From the IMG/VR virus record IMGVR_UViG_2541047753_000004: a stretch of 54,394 nucleotides of DNA; one strand, given 5' to 3'. The notes under the pieces were generated by a model. The model saw only the letters and a list, made by a program, of their open reading frames with translations. It searched no databases and was not told where the DNA came from. The DNA comes from a virus (taxonomy: Duplodnaviria > Heunggongvirae > Uroviricota > Caudoviricetes). Shown here in pieces: positions 40,910-49,893 of the stretch; position 1 is the stretch's first letter; the number at the start of each line of letters is the position of its first letter. A program made the translations under genes and the position numbers.

Positions 40910-40941
40910 GGACTCGGGTTCAACTCCCGCCAGCTCCACCA
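40910..40941 (+). other. ssrA: 3'-terminal ~32 nt of ssrA (tmRNA): attachment-site repeat
   Basis: GGACTCGGGTTCAACTCCCGCCAGCTCCACCA matches the ssrA 3' end (T-arm, acceptor, CCA) with one mismatch; upstream sequence is not ssrA. Confidence 0.75.
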
Positions 40942-40974
40942 CTTGCTCTTCCGGATACGTCCGGAGAAATCCTG

Positions 40975-41010
40975 AAAGCCCGCATGGCACAAGCTTTGCG
41001 GGCTTTTTTG
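40975..41010 (+). terminator. Intrinsic terminator (ssrA terminator-like)
   Basis: AAAGCCCGCA...TGCGGGCTTTTTTG. Confidence 0.6.
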
Positions 41011-41125
41011 TGTCTATCTTTGTCCGAGGATATCCAGCTAAATCCAGTGATTATTGGTATATGTTTAGGTATACGGTAAGATGTATACCTAAAAGCGTAT
41101 ACCAATACTCTGAGGTAGGATAATC

Positions 41126-42319
41126 GTGGCACGTACAACACGCCCTCTTACTAACACTGAACTATCACGTGCTAAAGCAACTGAAAAGGATCTAACGCTA
41201 CATGATGGTGATGGGCTTTTTCTACTCATAAAAACGAACGGAAGGAAGTTGTGGCGTTTCCGATACCAGAAGCCTGTATCAAAACAGAGAACCATGATTA
41301 GTTTAGGAACGTTCCCCGCCCTATCTCTGGCTGAGGCCAGAAACGTGCGTGCTGAGTATCTTTCCTTATTAGCCCGGGGTATTGATCCACAAACATACAG
41401 TAAGCAAGTCTCAGAACATCAACAGATTGCGATTGATAGTATTTTTTCAAAAGTTGCCACAAATTGGTTTGCCATAAAAAGCAATAACGTCACACCTGAT
41501 TATGCAAAGGATATATGGCGATCCTTAGAGAGGGACATTTTCCCTGCTATCGGTGAGATTCCTGTTCAGGAAATAAAAGCCCGCACATTAATTGAAGCCC
41601 TAGAGCCAATTAAAGCTCGTGGGGCACTTGAGACTGTTCGTCGTTTAGTACAACGTATTAATGAAATTATGATTTATGCTGTTAATACTGGTCTGATAGA
41701 TGCTAACCCTGCTTCAGGCATTGGTATGGCATTTGAAAAACCTAAAAAACAGCACATGCCAACGCTTAGACCTGAAGAATTACCGAAACTCATGCGTTCA
41801 ATAACAATGTCTAATTTATCTATTCCAACTCGTTGTTTGATTGAATGGCAACTCTTAACACTTGTACGCCCTGCAGAAGCTTCCAATGCAAAGTGGATAG
41901 AGATCGATTTCGAAGCTAAACTATGGATAATACCAGCCAATAGAATGAAGGCAAAGCGGGAACATATTGTTCCATTATCACTTCAGACATTAGATATTCT
42001 TGAAATTATGAAGCCAATCAGTTCACATCGAGAATATATTTTTCCTAGCAGGAATAACCCCAATCAACCAATGAACAGTCAGACGGCAAATGCAGCCTTA
42101 AAGCGCATCGGTTATGGTGGTAAGTTGGTTGCACACGGACTGCGTTCGATAGCAAGTACAGCAATGAATGAAGCTGGTATAAATCCAGATATTATCGAAG
42201 CAGCACTTTCCCATTGTGATAAAAATGAGGTTAGAAGAGCATATAATCGAACAACCTACTTGGAACAAAGAAAAGAGCTTATGAATTGGTGGGGTAGTTT
42301 CATTTCAAAAAACAAATAA
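41126..42319 (+). CDS. int: P4-type tyrosine integrase
   Basis: 397 aa, GTG start, N-terminal MARTTRPLT...DGDGL...LGTFPALSLAEAR typical of P4/CP4-57 IntA; adjacent to ssrA 3' end. Confidence 0.9.
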   Translation: MARTTRPLTNTELSRAKATEKDLTLHDGDGLFLLIKTNGRKLWRFRYQKPVSKQRTMISLGTFPALSLAEARNVRAEYLSLLARGIDPQTYSKQVSEHQQIAIDSIFSKVATNWFAIKSNNVTPDYAKDIWRSLERDIFPAIGEIPVQEIKARTLIEALEPIKARGALETVRRLVQRINEIMIYAVNTGLIDANPASGIGMAFEKPKKQHMPTLRPEELPKLMRSITMSNLSIPTRCLIEWQLLTLVRPAEASNAKWIEIDFEAKLWIIPANRMKAKREHIVPLSLQTLDILEIMKPISSHREYIFPSRNNPNQPMNSQTANAALKRIGYGGKLVAHGLRSIASTAMNEAGINPDIIEAALSHCDKNEVRRAYNRTTYLEQRKELMNWWGSFISKNK

Positions 42320-42329
42320 GGATATAGTG

Positions 42330-43445
42330 ATGAATAATAAAGATTTTCCATGCAAAGCCTCAAATATCTATGATAAAAATATAAATTTTTTATTTGGCTC
42401 AGGCTCCTCTGCTTCATATATTCCTACTCTCTATCTAGATAAAAACACTACTTATGAAACATTACTTACACATGAGGATTGTGAGGGTGTCAAGGACTTC
42501 ATATTATGTTCTTATTTCAATAATATCATTAGAAAAACATTTTGTGTTAAACCTAATAGTGAAGACAAAAAATATAATTCTACTTTAGCAAACTATAGCT
42601 ACTTTATTGATGAACTAATCAAATTATTAGAGAAAAAAGGGGCAAATCAAATAAGGCGAGCGAATATTTTTACAACAAATTATGATCTTTTTTTCGAAAC
42701 TGCGGCTGATGATATTTTAAATAATAAAACATTTCATTTCAATGACGGTGGTCTAGGTTTCAAAAGCCGGAAATTGAACATTAGTAATTTTCATATTACT
42801 GCTTGGCATCAAGGTACGCATGATATGTACAAACATGAAATTCCAACAGTAAACTTAATAAAAATGCATGGTTCTGTTTCTTGGTGTAGAGATATTAATG
42901 AAACGATTAGTATTAATTACACTCAAGAAGAACCACCAAAGTTTAGACTAGATACAAAAAAAGACATTAATGATTTAGTCACCACCTTAAACGAAACAAG
43001 CGATAATCTCGTTAGTTATTTAAATTTATCTACAAGCGATCAAGAAACACTTCAAGAATTTAAATCTTATTACAACAACTTAGCTATAGTTAGCCCAACT
43101 AAAGAAAAATTTTCTGAAACTGTTTTTCAACAACATTATTACCAATGTTTACGATTGCTAAGTTATGAATTAGAGAAACCACAAACTGTATTAATTTGTT
43201 TTGGTTTTTCTTTTCAAGATGAACACATACGTGAGATTATAAAAAGATCATTAAGTAACCCTACTCTTAAGGTCTTTGTTTTTTGCTACTCAAAATCCAG
43301 CATGGAAAGTATACAGCACATTATCAATGACCAACGAATAACCTATATTCTTCCTATAGAAGATGATCATACAATTTCATTTAAACCGTTTATAGATAGA
43401 GTATTTAGATCTGAACACGGAGATTGGATTACATGGAAGAACTAA
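42330..43445 (+). CDS. SIR2-like domain protein (NADase-type defence effector)
   Basis: FLFGSGSS (Rossmann Gly-rich), TTNYDLFFE, MHGSVSW motifs; AT-rich; AAGGA SD. Confidence 0.7.
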   Translation: MNNKDFPCKASNIYDKNINFLFGSGSSASYIPTLYLDKNTTYETLLTHEDCEGVKDFILCSYFNNIIRKTFCVKPNSEDKKYNSTLANYSYFIDELIKLLEKKGANQIRRANIFTTNYDLFFETAADDILNNKTFHFNDGGLGFKSRKLNISNFHITAWHQGTHDMYKHEIPTVNLIKMHGSVSWCRDINETISINYTQEEPPKFRLDTKKDINDLVTTLNETSDNLVSYLNLSTSDQETLQEFKSYYNNLAIVSPTKEKFSETVFQQHYYQCLRLLSYELEKPQTVLICFGFSFQDEHIREIIKRSLSNPTLKVFVFCYSKSSMESIQHIINDQRITYILPIEDDHTISFKPFIDRVFRSEHGDWITWKN

Positions 43446-45205
43446 TTGTTGGTAATGTTACCCAAATAAAGGGCACAACAGTAAGGGCCAAAATCAATCA
43501 TGACTTTTTTCAGTCAACATACTTTCATAAAGGTAAAATACTACGAGGTATCTCTATAAATGAATTTGTTTTGATTAAAAAAGGTTATCACGATATCGTC
43601 GGAAAGATTATTGGTGAAGAAATTGTTGAAAACATCAATATTAGAAGCGATGAAATTGAACAAAAAAAATATGACCGTTTTGTAGAACTGAATATTTTAG
43701 GGTATTTTTTTGAGAGTTCATTTTATTCCGGTATAAAATTTTTACCAATGATAAATGACAGCTTACACTTAATTTCAGACGAGAAGATATCAGAAATATA
43801 TAAGTTTAGCAAAAACACTAAAGCACCTTTAATAAACATAGGGAAATCTATGTTAGAGGAGTTGCCAATTAACATACCAATAAATGGTATTTTTAATTCA
43901 CACATAGGCATATTTGGAAACACTGGAAGTGGCAAGTCCAACACTCTTGCAAAACTTTATCACTCTCTAATAAACCTTATAACAACAAAAGAAAGAGTTA
44001 TATCAAAATCAAGTTTTGTTTTGATTGATTTTAATGGTGAATACAGCACATTTGCTACGTCATTTCCAGATTTGTGCGAACAAGTCAATCTCAACACAAA
44101 GAATTCCGGTGATAAACTAACTTTCACTGATGATGAATTTTGGGATGATGAATTATTATCGGTATTGTTTTCTGCAACTGAAAAAACTCAAAAGCCATTT
44201 CTTAGTCATTTAATTAAAAATAGAGAAAAATATAATGGTAAATTGGAGGATTACTTACAAACAACTATCCACAGTATGTTTTCTCCTAATCCACACAGGG
44301 AAACAATAAATTTATTAAAAAGCCTTGCCCCTTACTTTTCAGAGAGAGCACAGGGTAAAATACTTGAAGAGTTATCACAATTCTCATGGCATTCTGGGCA
44401 AAATAAGTATTTGCACTCAAAATACAACTTCATTGATAAAATGGAAGATGCTTTACAGGCTTTAGATGCAACATATAAATCCAAGTTTAAGTTAAACAGC
44501 GTTTTTGATGAAGTTGCAATCCGATCTATTCTACAACTAATTAATTCAGTATCACGTAATTATGTACAATATGATCATATATATCCGCTAATTAATAAAA
44601 TAACGGCAATGACTCCTGCCCTATCCAAAGTAATTAATATCAGAAACGAAACAAAAAATAAAAAACCTATATATATAGTGTCATTAAAAGAGTGCAATCA
44701 ATTAATCAAAAAAACCATTCCAATGATGCTTGCAAAATGTTCATTCTTAGAGCACAAGTCATCTAAAAATACAAAGGAAAGCTTCCACCTAATTATAGAT
44801 GAAGCACACAACATATTGTCTGAAACATCTGTCAGAGAGGCGGAAACATGGAAAGATTATAGGCTTGAGTTATTTGAGGAAATAATAAAAGAGGGAAGGA
44901 AGTTTGGGTTCTTCGTTACAATTTCGAGTCAACGACCTTTTGACATCTCTCCCACAATTGTTTCCCAACTTCATAATTATTTTATTCATCGATTAGTGAA
45001 CGAAAATGATTTGTTTTTGTTAAAAAATACTTTAAGCACCCTTGATGCGGCATCAAGATCACTAATTCCAACACTTCCTCCTGGTGGGTGTATAGTTTCA
45101 GGAACAGCTTTCCACACCCCATTACTTGTTCAAATCGACAGATTAGCTGAGGAAAATGCTCCTAACAGCGATACTCTTGATTTAGAAAAATTGTGGGATA
45201 TTTAA
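43424..45205 (+). CDS. HerA-like ATPase (DUF87)
   Basis: Walker A GIFGNTGSGKSNT, Walker B LIIDEAHN; overlaps SIR2 gene by 22 nt. Confidence 0.75.
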   Translation: MDYMEELIVGNVTQIKGTTVRAKINHDFFQSTYFHKGKILRGISINEFVLIKKGYHDIVGKIIGEEIVENINIRSDEIEQKKYDRFVELNILGYFFESSFYSGIKFLPMINDSLHLISDEKISEIYKFSKNTKAPLINIGKSMLEELPINIPINGIFNSHIGIFGNTGSGKSNTLAKLYHSLINLITTKERVISKSSFVLIDFNGEYSTFATSFPDLCEQVNLNTKNSGDKLTFTDDEFWDDELLSVLFSATEKTQKPFLSHLIKNREKYNGKLEDYLQTTIHSMFSPNPHRETINLLKSLAPYFSERAQGKILEELSQFSWHSGQNKYLHSKYNFIDKMEDALQALDATYKSKFKLNSVFDEVAIRSILQLINSVSRNYVQYDHIYPLINKITAMTPALSKVINIRNETKNKKPIYIVSLKECNQLIKKTIPMMLAKCSFLEHKSSKNTKESFHLIIDEAHNILSETSVREAETWKDYRLELFEEIIKEGRKFGFFVTISSQRPFDISPTIVSQLHNYFIHRLVNENDLFLLKNTLSTLDAASRSLIPTLPPGGCIVSGTAFHTPLLVQIDRLAEENAPNSDTLDLEKLWDI

Positions 45206-45219
45206 TATCGCTACGCGCA

Positions 45220-45238
45220 GTGCTTTCCCCGCCTCGCC
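45220..45238. other. cos cohesive-end sequence (P2/P4 type)
   Basis: gtgctttccccgcctcgcc is the reverse complement of the 19-nt GGCGAGGCGGGGAAAGCAC I recall for P2/P4. Confidence 0.7.
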
Positions 45239-45402
45239 CGCACGCTTTGCGGGGCGGTTTTAATGCAGTTGCACTGACACGCTCAGACCGCGCCGGGAAT
45301 GGCGCGGTCTGCAGAAAATGAGGCAGGGAAACGCATGCAAAGCCATGCACCTTATCGATGCATGGCTTTTTTCAGTAAAAACAGGCGGATTTTCGGGAAA
45401 TT

Positions 45403-45975
45403 TTACACAGACTGACGTGATGCCAGTTGCGCACTTTTACGCGAAAAAATCATGTTCTGCGCAGGGGTAAATTTTTCACGGCTGTCGTCCACCGAAGCCG
45501 CGTCAGGCCTGAATCCGATGGTCGTTAAAATGTCGCTATCCTGTGCGGAATAATTAATTTTTTCCCCCTTCGCAAGCCAGGACAGAAGGGCTTCACGCAG
45601 GGCATCTGTGGCACGCTGTATGGCACAGTTTCGGGCAATGGCCGTCAGCTCACTGTAGCCCATCAGCTCCGGTGCCAGTGCCGCCGCCAGTGCTGTGCCG
45701 TGCTGCTGCATAAAATCATTCAGCCGGTCGCGGATGCTGATGTGCTGAACGGCTTCATGCGAACGAATATAACGACCAGCGGCCTGATTCACCTGCCATT
45801 TTCTGACTTCGATAATATTGCGTAATTCGTCCAGGCGACTGACGTTTCTGCCTTCTCCTGACAGAAGCCGCAGATATTCCTGTTCGGCCGCTGCCAGCTC
45901 ATTTTTGCGTTGCAGCCATGCTGCTTTGTTATTCTGACAGGTGTCAAAGGCCTGCTGTAAGGCTGTGCTTTCCAT
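45403..45975 (-). CDS. psu: Polarity suppression protein Psu
   Basis: 190 aa, length and sequence as recalled for P4 Psu. Confidence 0.85.
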   Translation of the reverse strand: MESTALQQAFDTCQNNKAAWLQRKNELAAAEQEYLRLLSGEGRNVSRLDELRNIIEVRKWQVNQAAGRYIRSHEAVQHISIRDRLNDFMQQHGTALAAALAPELMGYSELTAIARNCAIQRATDALREALLSWLAKGEKINYSAQDSDILTTIGFRPDAASVDDSREKFTPAQNMIFSRKSAQLASRQSV

Positions 45976-46048
45976 CGTTATCTCTTTCTCATCATGCTGA
46001 AGAATAAAAATACGGTGTGCGGCGACGGCCGGTGTTAACCGGCAGCCC

Positions 46049-46549
46049 TCATTCCAGACGCAGCGAATATGATTGTGTTTTTAAGCGTACTGGCGGCAGT
46101 TCCTGTTTTTCATGCAGGCTTTCTGCCAGTTCGTCCGGCGTGACCGGGCGGACAATGAAACGGTTGATGGTCTGAAGCGTTTTAAACACCAGACCACAGC
46201 CCGGATCCGTGCACACATAAAAACGCTCGGTGACTTCCTGAGACAGACGCCGCGATGTTCTTGACAGTGCAAGGCCTTTACATCTCCGACAACAATATCC
46301 GGTAACAAGCATTCTTTTCGGGCGTTTCATACTGCCGGAGGCTGACGTCAGTGAATCGCGGTATCTCTGTTTGCCTGAAATGTATTCCATTCCTGAATCT
46401 TTACTGTCAGAGAAAAAGCTTTCACTCGCTTCAAATGTCGCAGAGCAATAAATATTCCGGCACTGTGCAATCATTATCTTGGTGCCATCGTCCATGAAAT
46501 GTGCGCGGCGGGTGTGAGCAACATGACCACACGACGGGCAGTAAATCAT
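46049..46549 (-). CDS. delta: Late gene activator Delta (Ogr/Delta zinc-finger family)
   Basis: 166 aa with two CxxC...CxxC zinc-finger units (MIYCPSCGH..., ...CCRRCKG...CTDPGCG). Confidence 0.85.
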   Translation of the reverse strand: MIYCPSCGHVAHTRRAHFMDDGTKIMIAQCRNIYCSATFEASESFFSDSKDSGMEYISGKQRYRDSLTSASGSMKRPKRMLVTGYCCRRCKGLALSRTSRRLSQEVTERFYVCTDPGCGLVFKTLQTINRFIVRPVTPDELAESLHEKQELPPVRLKTQSYSLRLE

Positions 46550-47280
46550 GACAGCAGTCCTCTGGCCTTAAGCACTGCTCCCTGCTGGTCTATTTTGTCC
46601 TGCCACACCTTGCGCTGTGCCGGTGTGCCTGCCACCTCATAATCCATGTGAGGAAGTGTTGCCGCTGACAGTCCGGTCAGCCGGAGAACCGGCTCGCCGG
46701 TGAGGCTGATTTGCATCTGTTTAATTTTCTGTTCCAGCGATGATTTCACCTGCTGCATGACAGCCTTTTCCGGTGCGACGTAGCCCTGATGGCCGGTGGT
46801 GTTGGCGAGCGGATTTTCCTGTACCAGAATGCTCAGATGCATTGCCCGGACAAGCGCCTCACAGGTTTCATTCAGGGCGTGTTCCAGCTCATGCTCTGCA
46901 TACAGACTCAGAAGGTGATGATGTGCCTTCCGGTAGGCGGTGGCCGTGCTGTCACACGCCCCTTTCAGGCGTTCGCGTTCAAAATTCAGCACCACGGCCA
47001 GATTGTCATATTCCTGTACCAGTTCCCGGCGTGCCACGCGCTCAATGTGGCGCTGTTTCAGCTCGTCGCTCAGGACACCACCGGCTGCACGAAAGGCCGT
47101 GCGCCAGTCGTCAGCGTCGTTTCCGTCGGCCTGCGCCAGCGCATTTTTTTCCTGCTCTGCCCGTTCAATGGCCGTGACGGTCTCATCCATCAGGCGGGCG
47201 TTCTCAAGATGGGCGGCTCTGGCCTTTTCCAGTTGTGCCAGTGCGGGTTGCAGATATTCAGGGATGGTGTTGTCAGACAT
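46546..47280 (-). CDS. sid: Capsid size determination protein Sid
   Basis: 244 aa from MSDNTIPEY; position in psu-delta-sid operon. Confidence 0.8.
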   Translation of the reverse strand: MSDNTIPEYLQPALAQLEKARAAHLENARLMDETVTAIERAEQEKNALAQADGNDADDWRTAFRAAGGVLSDELKQRHIERVARRELVQEYDNLAVVLNFERERLKGACDSTATAYRKAHHHLLSLYAEHELEHALNETCEALVRAMHLSILVQENPLANTTGHQGYVAPEKAVMQQVKSSLEQKIKQMQISLTGEPVLRLTGLSAATLPHMDYEVAGTPAQRKVWQDKIDQQGAVLKARGLLS

Positions 47281-47298
47281 TTTCCGGCTCCTCGTCAC

Positions 47299-47832
47299 TT
47301 CAGGTTAAGAAAATTGTGACGTACACCGGACAACAACACGACGCATTGCAGATGTGCCAGCCCTGACACAGGAGACTCATCCTCAGACCGGCAAGCCAGG
47401 AAAAGGTCGCAGGAAAAACCGGCTTACTGTTTGTTTTTTTATATTTTACTGTTCACCTCTGTTCACCATAAGAAAAAAGACAAGTAATACAGTAAGTTAA
47501 ATGGTGAACAATCGCAGTAATGACTGTTCACCGTCTGTTCACCACTGTTCACCCGTTGATGGGCTTTTTGTGCTGTTTATTACTGTTTGTTTTTATTAAT
47601 TCGCCGGGAATGAATAAGAAAAAACGATTTGTATTTCACTATAAAAATTACGAATTGCTTTAAGTGGCTTTAAATGACTTTAAGTGGAGATGAACAAAAA
47701 ACACACAAGCATTATAAGACTGCCGGAACAAATCCCCCCTGTTGCGTCTGCTGAAAATATTCACAAAATAAAGCGCTACCCGAAGCCGGACGGACTTATC
47801 CGGTGCTGTATGGACATTAACGAGGTAGCCCG
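47299..47832. promoter_or_regulatory. P4-like Psid/PLL/PLE promoter and immunity region (expected site of CI RNA)
   Basis: Intergenic region between sid and orf88 by P4 gene order; no RNA gene could be delimited by eye. Confidence 0.35.
47449..47553. repeat. ori-like cluster of TGTTCACC octamers (alpha-binding type I repeats)
   Basis: Six copies of TGTTCACC/GGTGAACA within ~105 bp, ~4.8 kb from crr. Confidence 0.65.
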
Positions 47833-48099
47833 ATGCAAGCTGTTTTTTCTTCCCCGTCTCCCGCCCCTGTGACGCCACTGATGCCGCTGCCGGACATCAC
47901 GCAGGAGCGTTTTTTACGTCTGCCGGAAGTGATGCACCTGTGCGGCCTGTCACGCTCGACCATCTATGAACTCATCCGTAAGGGGGAATTTCCGCCGCAG
48001 GTGAGTCTTGGCGGTAAAAATGTGGCCTGGCTGCACTCTGAAGTCACTGCATGGATGGCCGGGCGCATTGCCGGACGCAAACGGGGGTACGACGCATGA
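47833..48099 (+). CDS. AlpA-family HTH regulator (P4 orf88-like)
   Basis: 88 aa; [29 protein letters not shown]; GAGG SD. Confidence 0.7.
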   Translation: MQAVFSSPSPAPVTPLMPLPDITQERFLRLPEVMHLCGLSRSTIYELIRKGEFPPQVSLGGKNVAWLHSEVTAWMAGRIAGRKRGYDA

Positions 48100-48695
48100 T
48101 GATGCCCGCTCTGCAAAAACGCCCTTTTTCTGGCTTGCCTTTTTCCGGCATTTGCGGATATAGTTTTTCCGCTGCCGCAAAATCGGCAGCCGGGCGTGGA
48201 AACCCGAGCAATTCACAGGCGACATATGACGCGCCATGCGTCTTTTTTTGTGTCGCAATCAACGCCACAGAGCGCCAGATTATGGTGTGGTGTGTGGTCA
48301 GTCGTGCAGATGGCATTCCGTGCATCCTGCCCGCGTCCGCTCATTATGCCGCAGAGTCAATGGTAGCTCAGGCGGGGCAGCCTCCGGGCTGGCCGGTATC
48401 CTGTGAAGCCGGTATTTCCACCCCCGTCTGGGCTATCGCCATCGAGCGTGGAAACTCCGGCGATAGCGTTATTTGCTATTCACAGGAGGCTGCCATCATG
48501 GCTACAACCCTTACCCCCTCACACCCTGAATTTGTCTTTGTGTTTGCGGCTGTCCGTCGCGCAGACCGTCATCCCCGTATCTGTATGCTTCGCACCGTCG
48601 CCGGTGATGAACGCAGTGCCCGCCGTTCCCTTGTCCGTGACTATGTGCTCTCCCTTGCTGCCCGTCTGCCGGTGGTGGAGGTGTCCCGTGCGTAA
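48096..48695 (+). CDS. Hypothetical protein (P4 orf199-like)
   Basis: 199 aa from MMMPALQ; size and position. Confidence 0.45.
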   Translation: MMMPALQKRPFSGLPFSGICGYSFSAAAKSAAGRGNPSNSQATYDAPCVFFCVAINATERQIMVWCVVSRADGIPCILPASAHYAAESMVAQAGQPPGWPVSCEAGISTPVWAIAIERGNSGDSVICYSQEAAIMATTLTPSHPEFVFVFAAVRRADRHPRICMLRTVAGDERSARRSLVRDYVLSLAARLPVVEVSRA

Positions 48696-48975
48696 TAAAA
48701 AAGCCCCTCAGACCGTCTCAGCGCGTCATGACGCCCGTGAACACCTCAGCATTGAGGCTTACCATAAGCTCAACCGCGCCAGCGCCGTATCCCGGTTTGT
48801 TGGGGGTGATTTGATTCACCGTGAACTCTCCGGCCTGCATCAGCTCTACATTCCGCATATTTTCAGCTACCTGAATGAAGATATTGATTTTGTGCTGAAT
48901 GAGCTGAAAGCCAAAGGCCTGTGCCGCGATTTTCTCGCCCAGCAGAAAGACCGGGGAGACAGGACGCATGTTTGA
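48688..48975 (+). CDS. eps: Epsilon-like derepression protein (putative)
   Basis: 95 aa from GTG with GGAGG 7 nt upstream, overlapping upstream stop; position before orf151. Confidence 0.45.
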   Translation: MRNKKAPQTVSARHDAREHLSIEAYHKLNRASAVSRFVGGDLIHRELSGLHQLYIPHIFSYLNEDIDFVLNELKAKGLCRDFLAQQKDRGDRTHV

Positions 48976-49423
48976 TTTTCCCCAGCCCGGTGAGATTTAC
49001 CGTTCTGCCGGTTTTCCCGATGTGGCCGTGGTCGGCATTCTGGAAGACGGTATTCCGTGGGAAATGCCGTACCGCTGCCCGGACATTGTCTGGAACCCGT
49101 ACCGCCGTAAATTCAGTATCCTTGTGCGTATCCTCGCTGACGGGCGCACCACAGACATCCCGCTGGGGCGTTTTCTGCGGGAATTTACCTGTGACCGTCC
49201 TGACCTGTTTAAACGCAGCCCCGTAAACCGGCATGCGGTACTGAAAGAAATGGCCGGAGACCCGGAATTACAGAAATGGCGGGAGAAATATCTGGATATT
49301 TACCCGCAGGACACTGTTCCGGCCAGCCGGGCGGCACCGGTGGCGCGGGAATGGCGGGAAATTCCCCGCACGGAGCCTGACCCGGAAATCACCCCGGATA
49401 ACAGTTACCGCAATTATCTGTAA
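48968..49423 (+). CDS. P4 orf151-like protein
   Basis: 151 aa, size and position. Confidence 0.6.
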   Translation: MFDFPQPGEIYRSAGFPDVAVVGILEDGIPWEMPYRCPDIVWNPYRRKFSILVRILADGRTTDIPLGRFLREFTCDRPDLFKRSPVNRHAVLKEMAGDPELQKWREKYLDIYPQDTVPASRAAPVAREWREIPRTEPDPEITPDNSYRNYL

Positions 49424-49558
49424 TTAAAAAACGACACCCGAAAAATTAAATGTGCGTATTCGCGCAGGGATACGCACGTCTTCAGGAGACGCAGATATGC
49501 CTTATCAGTTAATGCAACCGGCACGGAATGCAGTCATCTGTCACAGGGAGGAAAGCAA

Positions 49559-49879
49559 ATGAAAACACCCTTACCGCCCGTCTTACGCGCTGCCCTTTAC
49601 CGTCGCGCTGTCGCCTGTGCCTGGCTGACCGTGTGCGAACGTCAGCACCGCTACCCGCATCTCACCCTTGAGTCACTGGAGGCGGCCATCGCCGCTGAGC
49701 TGGAAGGCTTTTATCTGCGCCAGCACGGTGAGGAAAAAGGGCGTCAGATAGCCTGTGCCCTGCTGGAAGATTTAATGGAATCCGGCCCCCTGAAGGCCGC
49801 GCCGTCGCTGTCCTTTCTCGGGCTGGTTGTGATGGATGAACTCTGTGCCCGTCACATAAAAGCGCCGGTACTGCACTGA
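49559..49879 (+). CDS. P4 orf106-like protein
   Basis: 106 aa immediately upstream of alpha. Confidence 0.55.
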
Positions 49880-49893
49880 AGGAGAACAACACC

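Noticed and set aside
40910-40941. Possible complete tmRNA or tRNA gene
   Set aside because: Only the 3'-terminal ~32 nt match ssrA; upstream sequence is protein-coding cargo, so this is an attachment-site repeat, not an RNA gene
46773-47319. 122-176-aa plus-strand ORFs with Arg/Ala/Ser-rich low-complexity sequence
   Set aside because: Antisense to sid in a GC-rich segment; composition-driven shadow ORFs
47684-47872. 62-aa plus-strand ORF as a candidate P4 kil-like gene
   Set aside because: Plausible by position in the P4 immunity region, but it overlaps the orf88 start and I cannot confirm sequence similarity; left uncalled
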